Assembly (NCBI GenBank): GCA_041663185.1
Contig: JBAZQY010000001.1
Coordinates: 233,087-297,086 of the forward strand
DNA from: Minisyncoccota bacterium
GTDB lineage: Bacteria > Patescibacteriota > Minisyncoccia > Phycocordibacterales > UBA9973
Direction of reading: 5' to 3'
Length of the DNA: 64,000 nt
Made by a program: the position numbers and the translations under genes. The notes beneath the pieces are model-generated. The model was not told the DNA's origin. It saw only the letters and a program-made list of their open reading frames with translations, and searched no databases. Each line of letters opens with the position of its first letter. Positions within the stretch are counted from its first letter, which is position 1. This document shows, piece by piece, positions 39,223-48,445 of this stretch.

Positions 39223-39277
39223 AAATAGCTAGGTCTTTCCTCAAGTGCTCCCGAGGTAAGTCCTAGCTATTTTTTTC
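39223..39277. terminator. bidirectional terminator
   Basis: aaaaatagctagg ... cctagctattttttt. Confidence 0.65.
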
Positions 39278-39279
39278 GC

Positions 39280-39573
39280 TTACTGAGTTACAGTTCCAGT
39301 AGAAGGTGCTGGGGTATTTGGTATTTCATCTCCCGTTAAAGGTTTAACGTTTTTATAATTCCAATTCATCATACCTCTCCCGAAACTATAATTCTTTGTA
39401 TATGATCTCATTTCTCCCCATTGTGTTCCCAAACAGAAAGCAACAATTAGAAGCACGATCACAATTAAGTATTTCATACCATGACACTTTTTCAAATGAC
39501 AACAACCGTGCATTGAAGAATTATCACAACAACCTTTTTCTTTATTCTCACAACAATTTTTATTTTCTTCCAT
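39280..39573 (-). CDS. Cys/His-rich N-terminal region + single TM: putative metal-binding membrane protein
   Basis: CCENKEKGCCDNSSMHGCCHLKKCHG followed by LIVIVLLIVAFCL. Confidence 0.4.
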   Translation of the reverse strand: MEENKNCCENKEKGCCDNSSMHGCCHLKKCHGMKYLIVIVLLIVAFCLGTQWGEMRSYTKNYSFGRGMMNWNYKNVKPLTGDEIPNTPAPSTGTVTQ

Positions 39574-39686
39574 ATATATTTTAATTAATTAAAAACTTCG
39601 ACTGAGAGATATTATAGCATAAAAATATAGAGTATAATCTACTTGCGATTGATTGCTAGATGGTGTAGATTTATAACGTAATAATA

Positions 39687-39758
39687 TTGGTCCCGTCGTT
39701 CAATGGATAGGACGTAACTTTGCGGAAGTTATGATGTAGGTTCGATTCCTACCGGGAT
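39687..39758 (+). tRNA. tRNA-Arg (anticodon GCG)
   Basis: acceptor GGTCCCG/CGGGATC (one G-U), D-arm GTTCAATGGATAGGAC, anticodon loop TTGCGGA, T-arm GTAGGTTCGATTCCTAC. Confidence 0.8.
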
Positions 39759-39828
39759 CACCCAGTAGTGCTAGTATGAAGAGCTTATAACTCTTTTAAA
39801 TAATTTTTATTAGCTATATAATACAACC

Positions 39829-40509
39829 ATGAAAAAAGTAATTATATTAGGAGCTAGTGATGGTCTTGGCAAGGCAATTGCTAAATTGTGTCAAAGTGAA
39901 AAAATAGAAGTAATTAATATAAGTAGAACAGCTTGCGATATAACAGGTGTCATTAATATTACTTGTGATTTATCAATAGAAAAAGACATTGATAATGCCG
40001 TTAATACTATAAAAGAAAAATATGGTGATTTTGATGCAATAATAAATTGTGCTGCTATTGTAGCAATGGAAAAGATAAATGAAATTACATATCCTAAATT
40101 CGAAAAAGCATTTAAGGTAAATACTATTGCACCTTTATATTTCTTATCTTCATTGTTTGATAACATTGTAAAAAATGAAGCAGACATATTAAATATAGGC
40201 ACAACAGCAGATTTAAAGGCTGGGTTTAATGATCAATTAGCATACACTTCGACTAAATATGGATTAAGAGGTGGTTCTTATAATATTGGTTTAGAATTAG
40301 CAAAAACAAAAAGTAGAATGATTTATGTTCATTGTGGTGGTATGAATACACAAATGCATGAAAAAGATTACGGAAAGAAAATAGAAGACCCAACAGAATG
40401 GATGGATCCAAAAGATGTAGCTAATATAGTTTTGTATTTATTAAAATTACCAAAGCAAGTAGAAATAACAGAAATTACTATCAGTCGTAAAAAAAGGAGA
40501 TTGGTGTAA
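39829..40509 (+). CDS. short-chain dehydrogenase/reductase (SDR)
   Basis: ILGASDGLGKAIA; no other conserved motif checked. Confidence 0.7.
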   Translation: MKKVIILGASDGLGKAIAKLCQSEKIEVINISRTACDITGVINITCDLSIEKDIDNAVNTIKEKYGDFDAIINCAAIVAMEKINEITYPKFEKAFKVNTIAPLYFLSSLFDNIVKNEADILNIGTTADLKAGFNDQLAYTSTKYGLRGGSYNIGLELAKTKSRMIYVHCGGMNTQMHEKDYGKKIEDPTEWMDPKDVANIVLYLLKLPKQVEITEITISRKKRRLV

Positions 40510-40526
40510 AAATATATTAAGACGAA

Positions 40527-41003
40527 TTAGAACCCTAATTTCTCCATGAAGACCATTGAGCGGGATTCGTCGATTTCGGAGCGAGTTGCAACTTTGAGGA
40601 GAGTGTCTTTAACTTCATCTGCCATATCTTTAGGAAGGGGGATAGTATAGATTGGAAGAAAATATTTGCTTGTTTCAATTAAAAGTTTCGCATAAACGTC
40701 GGCATCATTTTTCTTTATATTAAAACTCTTAATACTTTTCCAGGTATGTAAATCTTTTCCCATTGTTAACCCTTTTGTTTCAATAATATATTTCACATCT
40801 TCGGGATGCCTCAAGGTAAACATTATCAGACAACCACCAGAGATTAGAAGAAAAACAGCAAATACATAATTGTGTAACCAAATTGCGATTACACAAGCAA
40901 TTATTGTAATGAGTCCAATAGCCCAGAACCAGTCATTCCCGCGTTCTTTGTGAGAATATTCTGGAACTGACCACTCTATTGTATTTATTTTAATTTCATC
41001 CAT
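40527..41003 (-). CDS. hypothetical membrane protein (2 TM)
   Basis: 158-aa ORF with two hydrophobic helices. Confidence 0.45.
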   Translation of the reverse strand: MDEIKINTIEWSVPEYSHKERGNDWFWAIGLITIIACVIAIWLHNYVFAVFLLISGGCLIMFTLRHPEDVKYIIETKGLTMGKDLHTWKSIKSFNIKKNDADVYAKLLIETSKYFLPIYTIPLPKDMADEVKDTLLKVATRSEIDESRSMVFMEKLGF

Positions 41004-41032
41004 AAGTATATTATACCAATATTTGTTTAATA

Positions 41033-41401
41033 TTACTTCTTTTTACTATCCGCATCTTTTTTAATTATCTTCCAGTGTTTCTTTAAATCTTTAACAAGCG
41101 CCTCGAGTTCTTTTTTATCAACACTTTTTAGTTTAGCGTATCTTGTTTCTGCTTTATTTACAATATTATGATACATTGGTTCAGTCAAAACTTTTGCCTT
41201 TTCAAATTCTTCTATTATCTCACCCTTCATTTTTACTGCCCAACCATGAATAACTTTTCGGTTCTTTTTACCATTTGGTCCAAAAAGCACATAAGCTGCG
41301 GCACTGAGCACGGCAACCCCTGCCCCTATTCCTATTATTTTTTTTGCACTTACACCTTTTTTACTTACTGTTTTTTTCTTCATATATTTTTTGCTCGCCA
41401 T
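41033..41401 (-). CDS. hypothetical Lys-rich membrane-anchored protein
   Basis: 122-aa ORF with a single TM. Confidence 0.4.
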   Translation of the reverse strand: MASKKYMKKKTVSKKGVSAKKIIGIGAGVAVLSAAAYVLFGPNGKKNRKVIHGWAVKMKGEIIEEFEKAKVLTEPMYHNIVNKAETRYAKLKSVDKKELEALVKDLKKHWKIIKKDADSKKK

Positions 41402-41434
41402 TGGCGAAAACTGATTAATAATTTACACAACTTC

Positions 41435-41710
41435 TTAGATTGATTTAGTTGAACGTTTATTTTGATCCTTTTTTACTTTTTCTTTTCCAAAGATAAAAGT
41501 AAATAGGCGACTTTGTCTGATATGTTCTCCCATTTCCCTAAGCTCAGTATTTGTATCTTCTGCATAGTTTTTTAATATCGTGGATATTTTATAGAAATTT
41601 CTTAATATTTTTATAAAATAAAATCCAGTTACTAATAAAACTAAAGTGATAATCACTACTGAAACAGAAGAGATAAAGAAGAATATATCTGACTTTAAAA
41701 TTGATTCCAT
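41435..41710 (-). CDS. hypothetical small membrane protein
   Basis: 91-aa ORF with an N-terminal TM. Confidence 0.35.
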   Translation of the reverse strand: MESILKSDIFFFISSVSVVIITLVLLVTGFYFIKILRNFYKISTILKNYAEDTNTELREMGEHIRQSRLFTFIFGKEKVKKDQNKRSTKSI

Positions 41711-41758
41711 ATATTCTATTTTAGCACTAATTACAAAAAAAGTAGAATAGATAGGGTA

Positions 41759-41787
41759 TTGACATATACCCCCGGGGGGTATATACT
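41759..41787 (+). promoter_or_regulatory. promoter (ttgaca-17-tatact) with a CsoR-type operator palindrome in the spacer
   Basis: ttgacatatacccccggggggtatatact; pseudo-palindrome atataccccc/gggggtatat at 41764-41784. Confidence 0.7.
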
Positions 41788-41793
41788 AGAAAA

Positions 41794-42057
41794 ATGACAA
41801 ATAACAACCAAAAATTAATACATCGGCTTAAGATTATTGAAGGGCAGATTCGAGGTTTGCAAGAGATGATTAATGATAATAAATATTGCATTGATGTTAT
41901 CACTCAAACATCAGCCGTTAAACAAGCCCTTTCCGGGGTCGAGGATGCTTTAATGGAAAGCCACTTGGGAACTTGCTTGGTACATCAGATTCAAAAAGGA
42001 CAAACAGAAAAAGCCACCAAGGAAATATTAAAAGTTTATGGGCTCAAGAGAAAATAA
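41794..42057 (+). CDS. csoR: copper-sensing repressor CsoR
   Basis: 87 aa; Cys in YCIDVITQ and His/Cys in HLGTC (Cys-His-Cys ligands). Confidence 0.85.
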   Translation: MTNNNQKLIHRLKIIEGQIRGLQEMINDNKYCIDVITQTSAVKQALSGVEDALMESHLGTCLVHQIQKGQTEKATKEILKVYGLKRK

Positions 42058-42058
42058 A

Positions 42059-44377
42059 ATGATAAATAAAATTTACAAAATCAAAGGAATGCATTGTGCC
42101 TCATGCGCCAGTATCATCGAGAGAACTTTCAAAAAGACTGAAGGAGTAGATGTTGCCGAAGCCAATTACGGAAACGAATCAGTTAAGATAAGCTTTGATG
42201 ATACAAAAACAAATCCGCGAGATCTTTCAAAGAAAATTGAGCCTCTCGGGTATTCATTAATTATTCCTGAAACTGCCGGATCTATGGGAATGTCGGAAGG
42301 TGAACATATGGCACATAATGGTATTGGACAACCTGTCTCGCCAAGCCAAGGCGGATCAAAAGGGGAGAAACTTCTTGAACTTTCTGATATGAAAAAGAAA
42401 TTAATTGTGGCTATTCCACTGGCAATCATCAGTATTTTTATTATGGCTTGGGATATTTTATCTTTATATGAGATTGTTCCAATGATGAGTTACACCACCA
42501 AAGAATTTTTTCACCATCTTCTACCCCTTATGGCTACCTATACATTATTTGTTGTCGGCAAGCCATATCTTCTTGGTTTTTATCGTTTTCTTCGCTATGG
42601 CAAAGCCAATATGGATACACTTATTGGAATTGGTACAGTTACAGCATATTTATATAGTTTTATAATAACTGCTTTTGAGGATTTACTTAAACCATTCTTA
42701 AATGTTGAAAATACCTATTTTGATATAACGATTGTAGTAATTGTCTTTATTGCCCTTGGAAAATATTTAGAAGCAAGATCAAAAATAAAAACAGGAGATG
42801 CTATAGAAAAACTTTTAAATCTACAAGCCAAAACCGCTCTCGTCTTTCGGGCCGGAGAAGAAGTTGAAATCCCAATTGATCAAGTAATTCATGGGGATTT
42901 AATTATAATAAAACCAGGAGCAAAAATTCCCGTTGATGGAGTAATCACTGAAGGTTTTTCATACATTGATGAATCAATGGTCACAGGTGAGCCGATGCCA
43001 GAAAAAAAGAAGATTAATGATAATGTTGTCGCGGGGACAATAAATACAACCGGTTCATTTATTTTCAAAGCGACCAAGGTTGGCTCAGAAACACTACTTG
43101 CTCAAATCATAAAAATGGTAGAAGAAGCACAAGGAAGCCGTGCGCCGATTCAAGCTCTGGCTGATAAAATATCAGCGATTTTTGTTCCGATTGTGCTTGT
43201 AATTTCGTTTGTTTCGTTTGGAATGTGGTTGATATTTGGTGCTGGTCCCTTGGGTTTTTCTCAAGCACTTTCATACGGACTTATGTCATTTGTTGGAGTG
43301 CTTGTTATTGCTTGTCCTTGTGCTCTAGGACTGGCGACACCGACAGCGATTATCGTGGGAGTTGGAAAAGGAGCCAAAGAAGGAATATTAATCAAAGATG
43401 CAGCAACTCTTCAAAAACTTCACAAAGTGAACACTATTATTGTTGATAAAACAGGGACGATAACAGTTGGTAAACCAACCCTGACAGATATTCAAAATAT
43501 TTCTTCTCTGGAGGAGAAAGAACTTATCTCTATACTTGCGACACTTGAAAGTAAATCAGAACATCCGATTGCTCATGCGATTATGAATTATGCAAAAGAA
43601 AATAATGTTCCAACTTATTCTGTTTCTGATTTTAATAACATTGAAGGGAAGGGGGTAAGAGGTTTGGTGAATAATGTTGAATATTTTGTTGGTAATGTAA
43701 AATTAATCCAAGAGTTGAATTTAAATTTTGATCTATTGAGCATAGAAAAATATACAATGGAGGGGAAAACTCCCGTTGTCATTGCAACAGATAAAGAAGT
43801 GCTTGGTTTTGTGACAGTTGCTGATGAAGTAAAAATGGAATCCAAACAAGCTATCATTAATCTTCACAAATTAGGAATCAAGGTGGTTATGGTTACAGGG
43901 GACGATGAAAAAGCAGCAAATTATATTGCATCACTTGTTGGTATTGATGAAGTTGTGGCGCATGCCTTACCGAAGGATAAGTTAGAAAAAATAAAAGAAC
44001 TTCAATCACAAGGTAGAATTGTAGCAATGGCCGGCGATGGTGTAAATGATGCTCCAGCTTTAGCTCAAGCCGATGTCGGTATTGCCATGGGAACGGGGAC
44101 TGATGTGGCCATCGAATCAGCGGGGATTACATTACTACATGGTGATATTTCGAAACTTGTTAAAACTATTAAACTTTCGAAAATGACTATGCGTGGAATC
44201 AAACAAAATCTATTCTGGGCATTTTTCTACAATATTATTGGGATACCACTTGCCGGAGGATTATTCTATCCAATTTTTGGATGGTTACTCAATCCGGTTT
44301 TTGCTGGCTTTGCCATGGCTATGTCATCAGTGTCTGTAGTGTCGAACTCATTACGAATTAAAGTAAAAAAGATTTAA
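42059..44377 (+). CDS. copA: copper-translocating P1B-type ATPase
   Basis: HMA GMHCASCA, CPC motif, DKTGTIT, GDGVNDAPAL; start set at the Met after csoR's stop (ORF track begins at 42038). Confidence 0.95.
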   Translation: MINKIYKIKGMHCASCASIIERTFKKTEGVDVAEANYGNESVKISFDDTKTNPRDLSKKIEPLGYSLIIPETAGSMGMSEGEHMAHNGIGQPVSPSQGGSKGEKLLELSDMKKKLIVAIPLAIISIFIMAWDILSLYEIVPMMSYTTKEFFHHLLPLMATYTLFVVGKPYLLGFYRFLRYGKANMDTLIGIGTVTAYLYSFIITAFEDLLKPFLNVENTYFDITIVVIVFIALGKYLEARSKIKTGDAIEKLLNLQAKTALVFRAGEEVEIPIDQVIHGDLIIIKPGAKIPVDGVITEGFSYIDESMVTGEPMPEKKKINDNVVAGTINTTGSFIFKATKVGSETLLAQIIKMVEEAQGSRAPIQALADKISAIFVPIVLVISFVSFGMWLIFGAGPLGFSQALSYGLMSFVGVLVIACPCALGLATPTAIIVGVGKGAKEGILIKDAATLQKLHKVNTIIVDKTGTITVGKPTLTDIQNISSLEEKELISILATLESKSEHPIAHAIMNYAKENNVPTYSVSDFNNIEGKGVRGLVNNVEYFVGNVKLIQELNLNFDLLSIEKYTMEGKTPVVIATDKEVLGFVTVADEVKMESKQAIINLHKLGIKVVMVTGDDEKAANYIASLVGIDEVVAHALPKDKLEKIKELQSQGRIVAMAGDGVNDAPALAQADVGIAMGTGTDVAIESAGITLLHGDISKLVKTIKLSKMTMRGIKQNLFWAFFYNIIGIPLAGGLFYPIFGWLLNPVFAGFAMAMSSVSVVSNSLRIKVKKI

Positions 44378-44379
44378 TT

Positions 44380-45390
44380 ATGAAAACATATACATTCCAT
44401 GTTTCTGGTACGCATTGTGCCTCGTGCAAAATCTTGATTGAAGATGTTTTAGGTGAACATGATTTTGTAAAAAGCGTTACAGTTAATTTAAAAAAAGAAA
44501 CTCTTGAATTAGAGACAGATAGTGAGCAAAGTATAGAAGAGATTGCAGTAATGTTAACAAGTAAAATAAAACCAAATGGTTATACTCTTTCAGTTGAGAA
44601 AATAATTAAAGAGCAAGGAGATGGGAGTATTATTTGGAAAGCGATACCCATTGGTCTTCTATTTCTTGCTCTATTTTTCATTTTGCAAAAATCTGGAATT
44701 CTAAATTTTGGAATTGGCGGGGAGACTACTCCAGTAACAAGTTTTATTATTGGGTTAATTGCTTCGGTATCTAGTTGTTTGGCAATTGTTGGAGGTCTTG
44801 TCTTGTCACTTTCAGCGAAAATTACTAAAGACGATAACCAATCCACAAAAAAACCATTTATCCTTTTCCATGCCGGAAGATTGATTGGATTTGCTATCTT
44901 GGGTGGGGTTCTTGGTTTAATTGGGGAGGCGATTGGGATAAACTTTCTTTTTTCAGCAATCTTGGGATTAATTGCTTCAGCTGTTATGATTGCTCTAGGG
45001 CTTAATCTGCTCGGGATATTTAAGAAAAATAAAATAACTCTGCCGAGTGGAATCTTTTCTTTTTTTAGAAAAGTAGAACATGCGACTTGGGCACCGATTT
45101 TAGTTGGTCTGGGAACATTTTTTCTACCATGCGGGTTTACTCAATCAATGCAGATATCAGCACTCTCTAGTGGTTCATTTATGTCTGGATTTCTGATAAT
45201 GTTTGCCTTTGCCCTTGGAACCTTGCCGGTGCTCGCATTACTTTCTTTTAGTTCTGTTTCTTTTTCAAAATCAAAATATGCCCCACTATTTTTCAAATCA
45301 GCTGGAGTAGTCGTAGTCGGGCTTGGAGCATTTGCCCTTCTGTCAGGTCTTGCAGGAGTCGGTATTATTAATCCATTATTTAATCTTTAA
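44380..45390 (+). CDS. HMA-domain (CxxC) fused to polytopic membrane domain; putative metal transporter/chaperone
   Basis: N-terminal GTHCASCK; about 8 TM helices. Confidence 0.55.
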   Translation: MKTYTFHVSGTHCASCKILIEDVLGEHDFVKSVTVNLKKETLELETDSEQSIEEIAVMLTSKIKPNGYTLSVEKIIKEQGDGSIIWKAIPIGLLFLALFFILQKSGILNFGIGGETTPVTSFIIGLIASVSSCLAIVGGLVLSLSAKITKDDNQSTKKPFILFHAGRLIGFAILGGVLGLIGEAIGINFLFSAILGLIASAVMIALGLNLLGIFKKNKITLPSGIFSFFRKVEHATWAPILVGLGTFFLPCGFTQSMQISALSSGSFMSGFLIMFAFALGTLPVLALLSFSSVSFSKSKYAPLFFKSAGVVVVGLGAFALLSGLAGVGIINPLFNL

Positions 45391-45399
45391 AAAGGGTAA

Positions 45400-45484
45400 G
45401 AAGCAAAGCAAATTATATTCTAAAAAAACTGGACGAGGGAGGACGAGGGGCCAGACATTTTTTTATAAAATAATTTGCTTTGCT
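45400..45484 (+). repeat. hairpin element with a GC-rich core related to the polA insert
   Basis: 17-bp IR gaagcaaagcaaattat/ataatttgctttgcttc flanking ggacgagggaggacgaggggccagac. Confidence 0.55.
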
Positions 45485-45495
45485 TCTGAAATATT

Positions 45496-45906
45496 ATGAA
45501 ACAAAATAAAACAGCATTAATTATTATCATAGTTGGAATTGTTGTCAGCGTCGGCATTGTTTTTATGGGCGGATTAAAAACAAAAAATAATGCAGATAAT
45601 GTGCAAACCGAACAAGTGAACAATATTGAAATAAAAGATGGGATTCAATACATCACCATAAATGCCAAAGGTGGTTATTCGCCGAGAGTCTCAACAGCTA
45701 AAGCTGGAATTCCCACGAAACTAATTATGAAAACAAATGGTACATATGATTGCTCGGCATCTTTGGTTGTGAAGTCTGTTGGTTATCAAAAAATTCTACC
45801 GAAAACTGGAGAAGAAATTATTGATCTTGGCATACCCGAAACGGGAGTCCCCACAAGAGGAGTCTGCGGAATGGGGATGTATAGTTTCTTGATTAATTTT
45901 GAATAA
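45496..45906 (+). CDS. membrane-anchored hypothetical protein in the copper locus
   Basis: N-terminal TM; soluble domain with two Cys. Confidence 0.45.
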   Translation: MKQNKTALIIIIVGIVVSVGIVFMGGLKTKNNADNVQTEQVNNIEIKDGIQYITINAKGGYSPRVSTAKAGIPTKLIMKTNGTYDCSASLVVKSVGYQKILPKTGEEIIDLGIPETGVPTRGVCGMGMYSFLINFE

Positions 45907-45981
45907 GAAATAATCTATTTCTTTTGGATCAATGATTTGTTTAGAATTAAACACAACCGCAGTAAATTCTGCCTCATCTTA

Positions 45982-46920
45982 TTATTTGTCAAATATATCC
46001 ACCATAGCATTCAGAAATTCTTCGGCATATTCAAAATGAATATACGGGAAAGCAGTATGTGGATTTAATTCAAAAACCACGGGACCATTTTTTGTAATTC
46101 CAATGTCAACAGTGTAAATCTGTTCTTTAAACAAAGTCTCAACTCTCTCCTTAATTTTTTTATGAAAATCTAAAATATCTGCTGGAAGTTTTGAAATTGA
46201 TATCTCGGAGTATGGTGAATCAAAAGTACAAACTTCGCCAAGGTTATTTTCGGGTGTTCTTAAGTTCGCAAAAATATGATCACCGATTGTTATGAGTTTA
46301 ATGTCATGAATACCTGAAACAATTCCATCGATGGTTATGTTTGTATCAGCAAATTCTTGCAGTAAATATTTTTTATTTTTTAAAATCTCTGGGTCTAATT
46401 TTGGAGGGTGTGTTTTTTCAAAAACGGTGACATCTTCACCTTTTTGTCCATGATTTGGCTTGAGCACTGCTTTTTTAGTAGAAATTAATTTTAATCCTTC
46501 AATAAGATCATTTTCACTAGTAATCAAAAATGTTTTTGTCATAAATTCCCCAAGTAATTGGTATTGTTCCCACTTATCCCCACACCAGTTTCTGAATTCT
46601 GGAGAATTAATAATTTTTACTTTATAATCAAAATTTTCATCTGTCATTTTTTTAAATTGATAAATAACATCAGCTTTAAATTCTGGCTCAGCGGGAATAA
46701 TTCTTCCTTTTTCATAACGAGAAACATTTTTAAAAATACCATTACCAATATACGAATTAGTGTAATCAGCAAAACGAAATTCAAAAACCTCATTACATTT
46801 ATTAAAAAATGCATGATATTCAGGGTTCCGTGAAAAACCATCAATTACAGGGTCTCCAGCAGGTTTTTTCCAGAAAACAAAATTTTTTTTCATATCAACT
46901 CTATTATACATTAACCTCAA
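45982..46920 (-). CDS. ATP-grasp domain protein
   Basis: LKPNHGQKGEDV and VDIGITKNGPVVFELN ATP-grasp-like motifs. Confidence 0.65.
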   Translation of the reverse strand: MRLMYNRVDMKKNFVFWKKPAGDPVIDGFSRNPEYHAFFNKCNEVFEFRFADYTNSYIGNGIFKNVSRYEKGRIIPAEPEFKADVIYQFKKMTDENFDYKVKIINSPEFRNWCGDKWEQYQLLGEFMTKTFLITSENDLIEGLKLISTKKAVLKPNHGQKGEDVTVFEKTHPPKLDPEILKNKKYLLQEFADTNITIDGIVSGIHDIKLITIGDHIFANLRTPENNLGEVCTFDSPYSEISISKLPADILDFHKKIKERVETLFKEQIYTVDIGITKNGPVVFELNPHTAFPYIHFEYAEEFLNAMVDIFDK

Positions 46921-47012
46921 TAATTTAGGTATTCGAGTTACTTCGATATTTTATTTTTTGCGGAAGCGGTGAGATTCTTATAAAAATTATTAGTTACTAA
47001 GCGGAGGCGGTG

Positions 47013-47097
47013 AGATTCGAACTCACGGTGCCTTTCGACACTTCGGTTTTCAGGACCGATGCACTAAGCCTCTATGCGACGCCTCCGCTTAACAACC
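47013..47097 (-). tRNA. tRNA-Ser (anticodon UGA), type II with long variable arm
   Basis: minus-strand fold: acceptor GGAGGCG/CGCCTCC, 11-nt D-loop, anticodon stem TCGGT/ACCGA, variable stem GTGTC/GGCAC, T-arm GTGAGTTCGAATCTCAC; position 33 is C (atypical). Confidence 0.8.
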
Positions 47098-47214
47098 AAA
47101 ATCTAATTTATTTAAATATAGTTTTTACTTCACAACATTACCTTATTTTTACTCTTTTTTCAAGTTTTAGGGAAGCATCAAAAAAGACCCCCACAGGGTC
47201 TTTTTTGATGCCGA

Positions 47215-47445
47215 TTAGATTTTTGTTTTAAATAATCGAGTAATGTCTTTTGGATTTTTCTTGGCAATATAGAATATATAAATGATATCCAAGATTGCGA
47301 AAGTGTTTAATATAAGTAGAGCGATGAACCATCTCTTATTATTTAATCTTGAAGCGGTCCAAAGCGCATAACCTTTCCATGGAAGAACCCAAACAACCAT
47401 AATAATGAGTAACCAAATATTATTTTGGAAAAATGCGTTTGTCAT
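47215..47445 (-). CDS. small 2-TM membrane protein
   Basis: 76-aa ORF, two hydrophobic helices. Confidence 0.35.
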   Translation of the reverse strand: MTNAFFQNNIWLLIIMVVWVLPWKGYALWTASRLNNKRWFIALLILNTFAILDIIYIFYIAKKNPKDITRLFKTKI

Positions 47446-47602
47446 AATATATAAATAATAACAGAAATAACTTTTTTTGACAATTATGGTAAAATTAAAG
47501 TACTTGTCCCGTTAGAAATTTTTGATTAATCAAAACACACTAAAACAAAGGGCGAGAGAAAAAATAGGTCAATTATAATATAATGTTAAAATTTTTAATG
47601 GG

Positions 47603-48025
47603 ATGAGATATTTAGGGATAGATTATGGAACAAAAAGGGTAGGATTAGCACTTTCCGACGAAGATGGGAAAATGGCTTTTCCGTACAAAATAATCAAAAA
47701 TGACCTTGAATTAGTGGATACTATTCATAATATTTGTGGACAAGAAGAAATTTCGGCCATTGTCCTTGGTGAATCGACCGATTTATCGGGCAACCCAAAC
47801 AAAATTATGGGGAGTATTGAAGAATTTAAAAGAAATCTCGAGGGAGAACTTGATTTACCAATTTATTTTGAAAAAGAATTTATGACGACAATTGAGGCTC
47901 GAGGTAGAGCCGGTAAAGAAGTAAATAATGCTAAAAAAGTAGCCAAGGGGAAACAAGCGGCGGCGGACGCGTCCGCCGCCGCCCTAATCCTCGGGCGGTA
48001 TTTAGATAGAAAAAATAATAATTAA
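47603..48025 (+). CDS. ruvX: RuvX/YqgF Holliday junction resolvase-like nuclease
   Basis: MRYLGIDYGTKRVGLALSD; Ala-rich tail encoded by a 28-bp GC palindrome. Confidence 0.85.
   Translation: MRYLGIDYGTKRVGLALSDEDGKMAFPYKIIKNDLELVDTIHNICGQEEISAIVLGESTDLSGNPNKIMGSIEEFKRNLEGELDLPIYFEKEFMTTIEARGRAGKEVNNAKKVAKGKQAAADASAAALILGRYLDRKNNN
47957..47984. repeat. perfect 28-bp GC palindrome inside the ruvX coding sequence
   Basis: gcggcggcggacgcgtccgccgccgc. Confidence 0.9.
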
Positions 48026-48028
48026 TTT

Positions 48029-48382
48029 ATGGACTACATATCATACGAAGAATTTAAAAAGATGGATATCCGAGTTGGAACAATCAAGGAAGTTGAAATA
48101 ATTCCAGAGACCGACAAACTTTTACGTTGCCAGGTAGATTTTAATGAAATTAATGAAGAAGGAAATAAAAAGTTAAGACAAATTGTTTCAGGGATAAAAG
48201 AATATTATCCCGACCCACAGGTCTTAGTAGGGAAACAGGTACTATATATTGTAAATCTTGAACCAAGAAAAATTAAGGGATATGAAAGTAATGGAATGCT
48301 AATGGCGGTGGATGGAATCGATGGCAAGCCAGTTTTTCTTATTCCTGAAGTCGAAGTTAATCCCGGAAGTAGGGTGAGGTAA
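48029..48382 (+). CDS. tRNA-binding domain protein (CsaA/Trbp111-like)
   Basis: MDIRVGTIKEV ... IVSGI ... SNGMLMA OB-fold pattern. Confidence 0.7.
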   Translation: MDYISYEEFKKMDIRVGTIKEVEIIPETDKLLRCQVDFNEINEEGNKKLRQIVSGIKEYYPDPQVLVGKQVLYIVNLEPRKIKGYESNGMLMAVDGIDGKPVFLIPEVEVNPGSRVR

Positions 48383-48445
48383 TTAAGAATTAAAAATTAA
48401 GAATTAAAAAATGTCGAACCAATTAATTACTAGAACCTAATTCAA

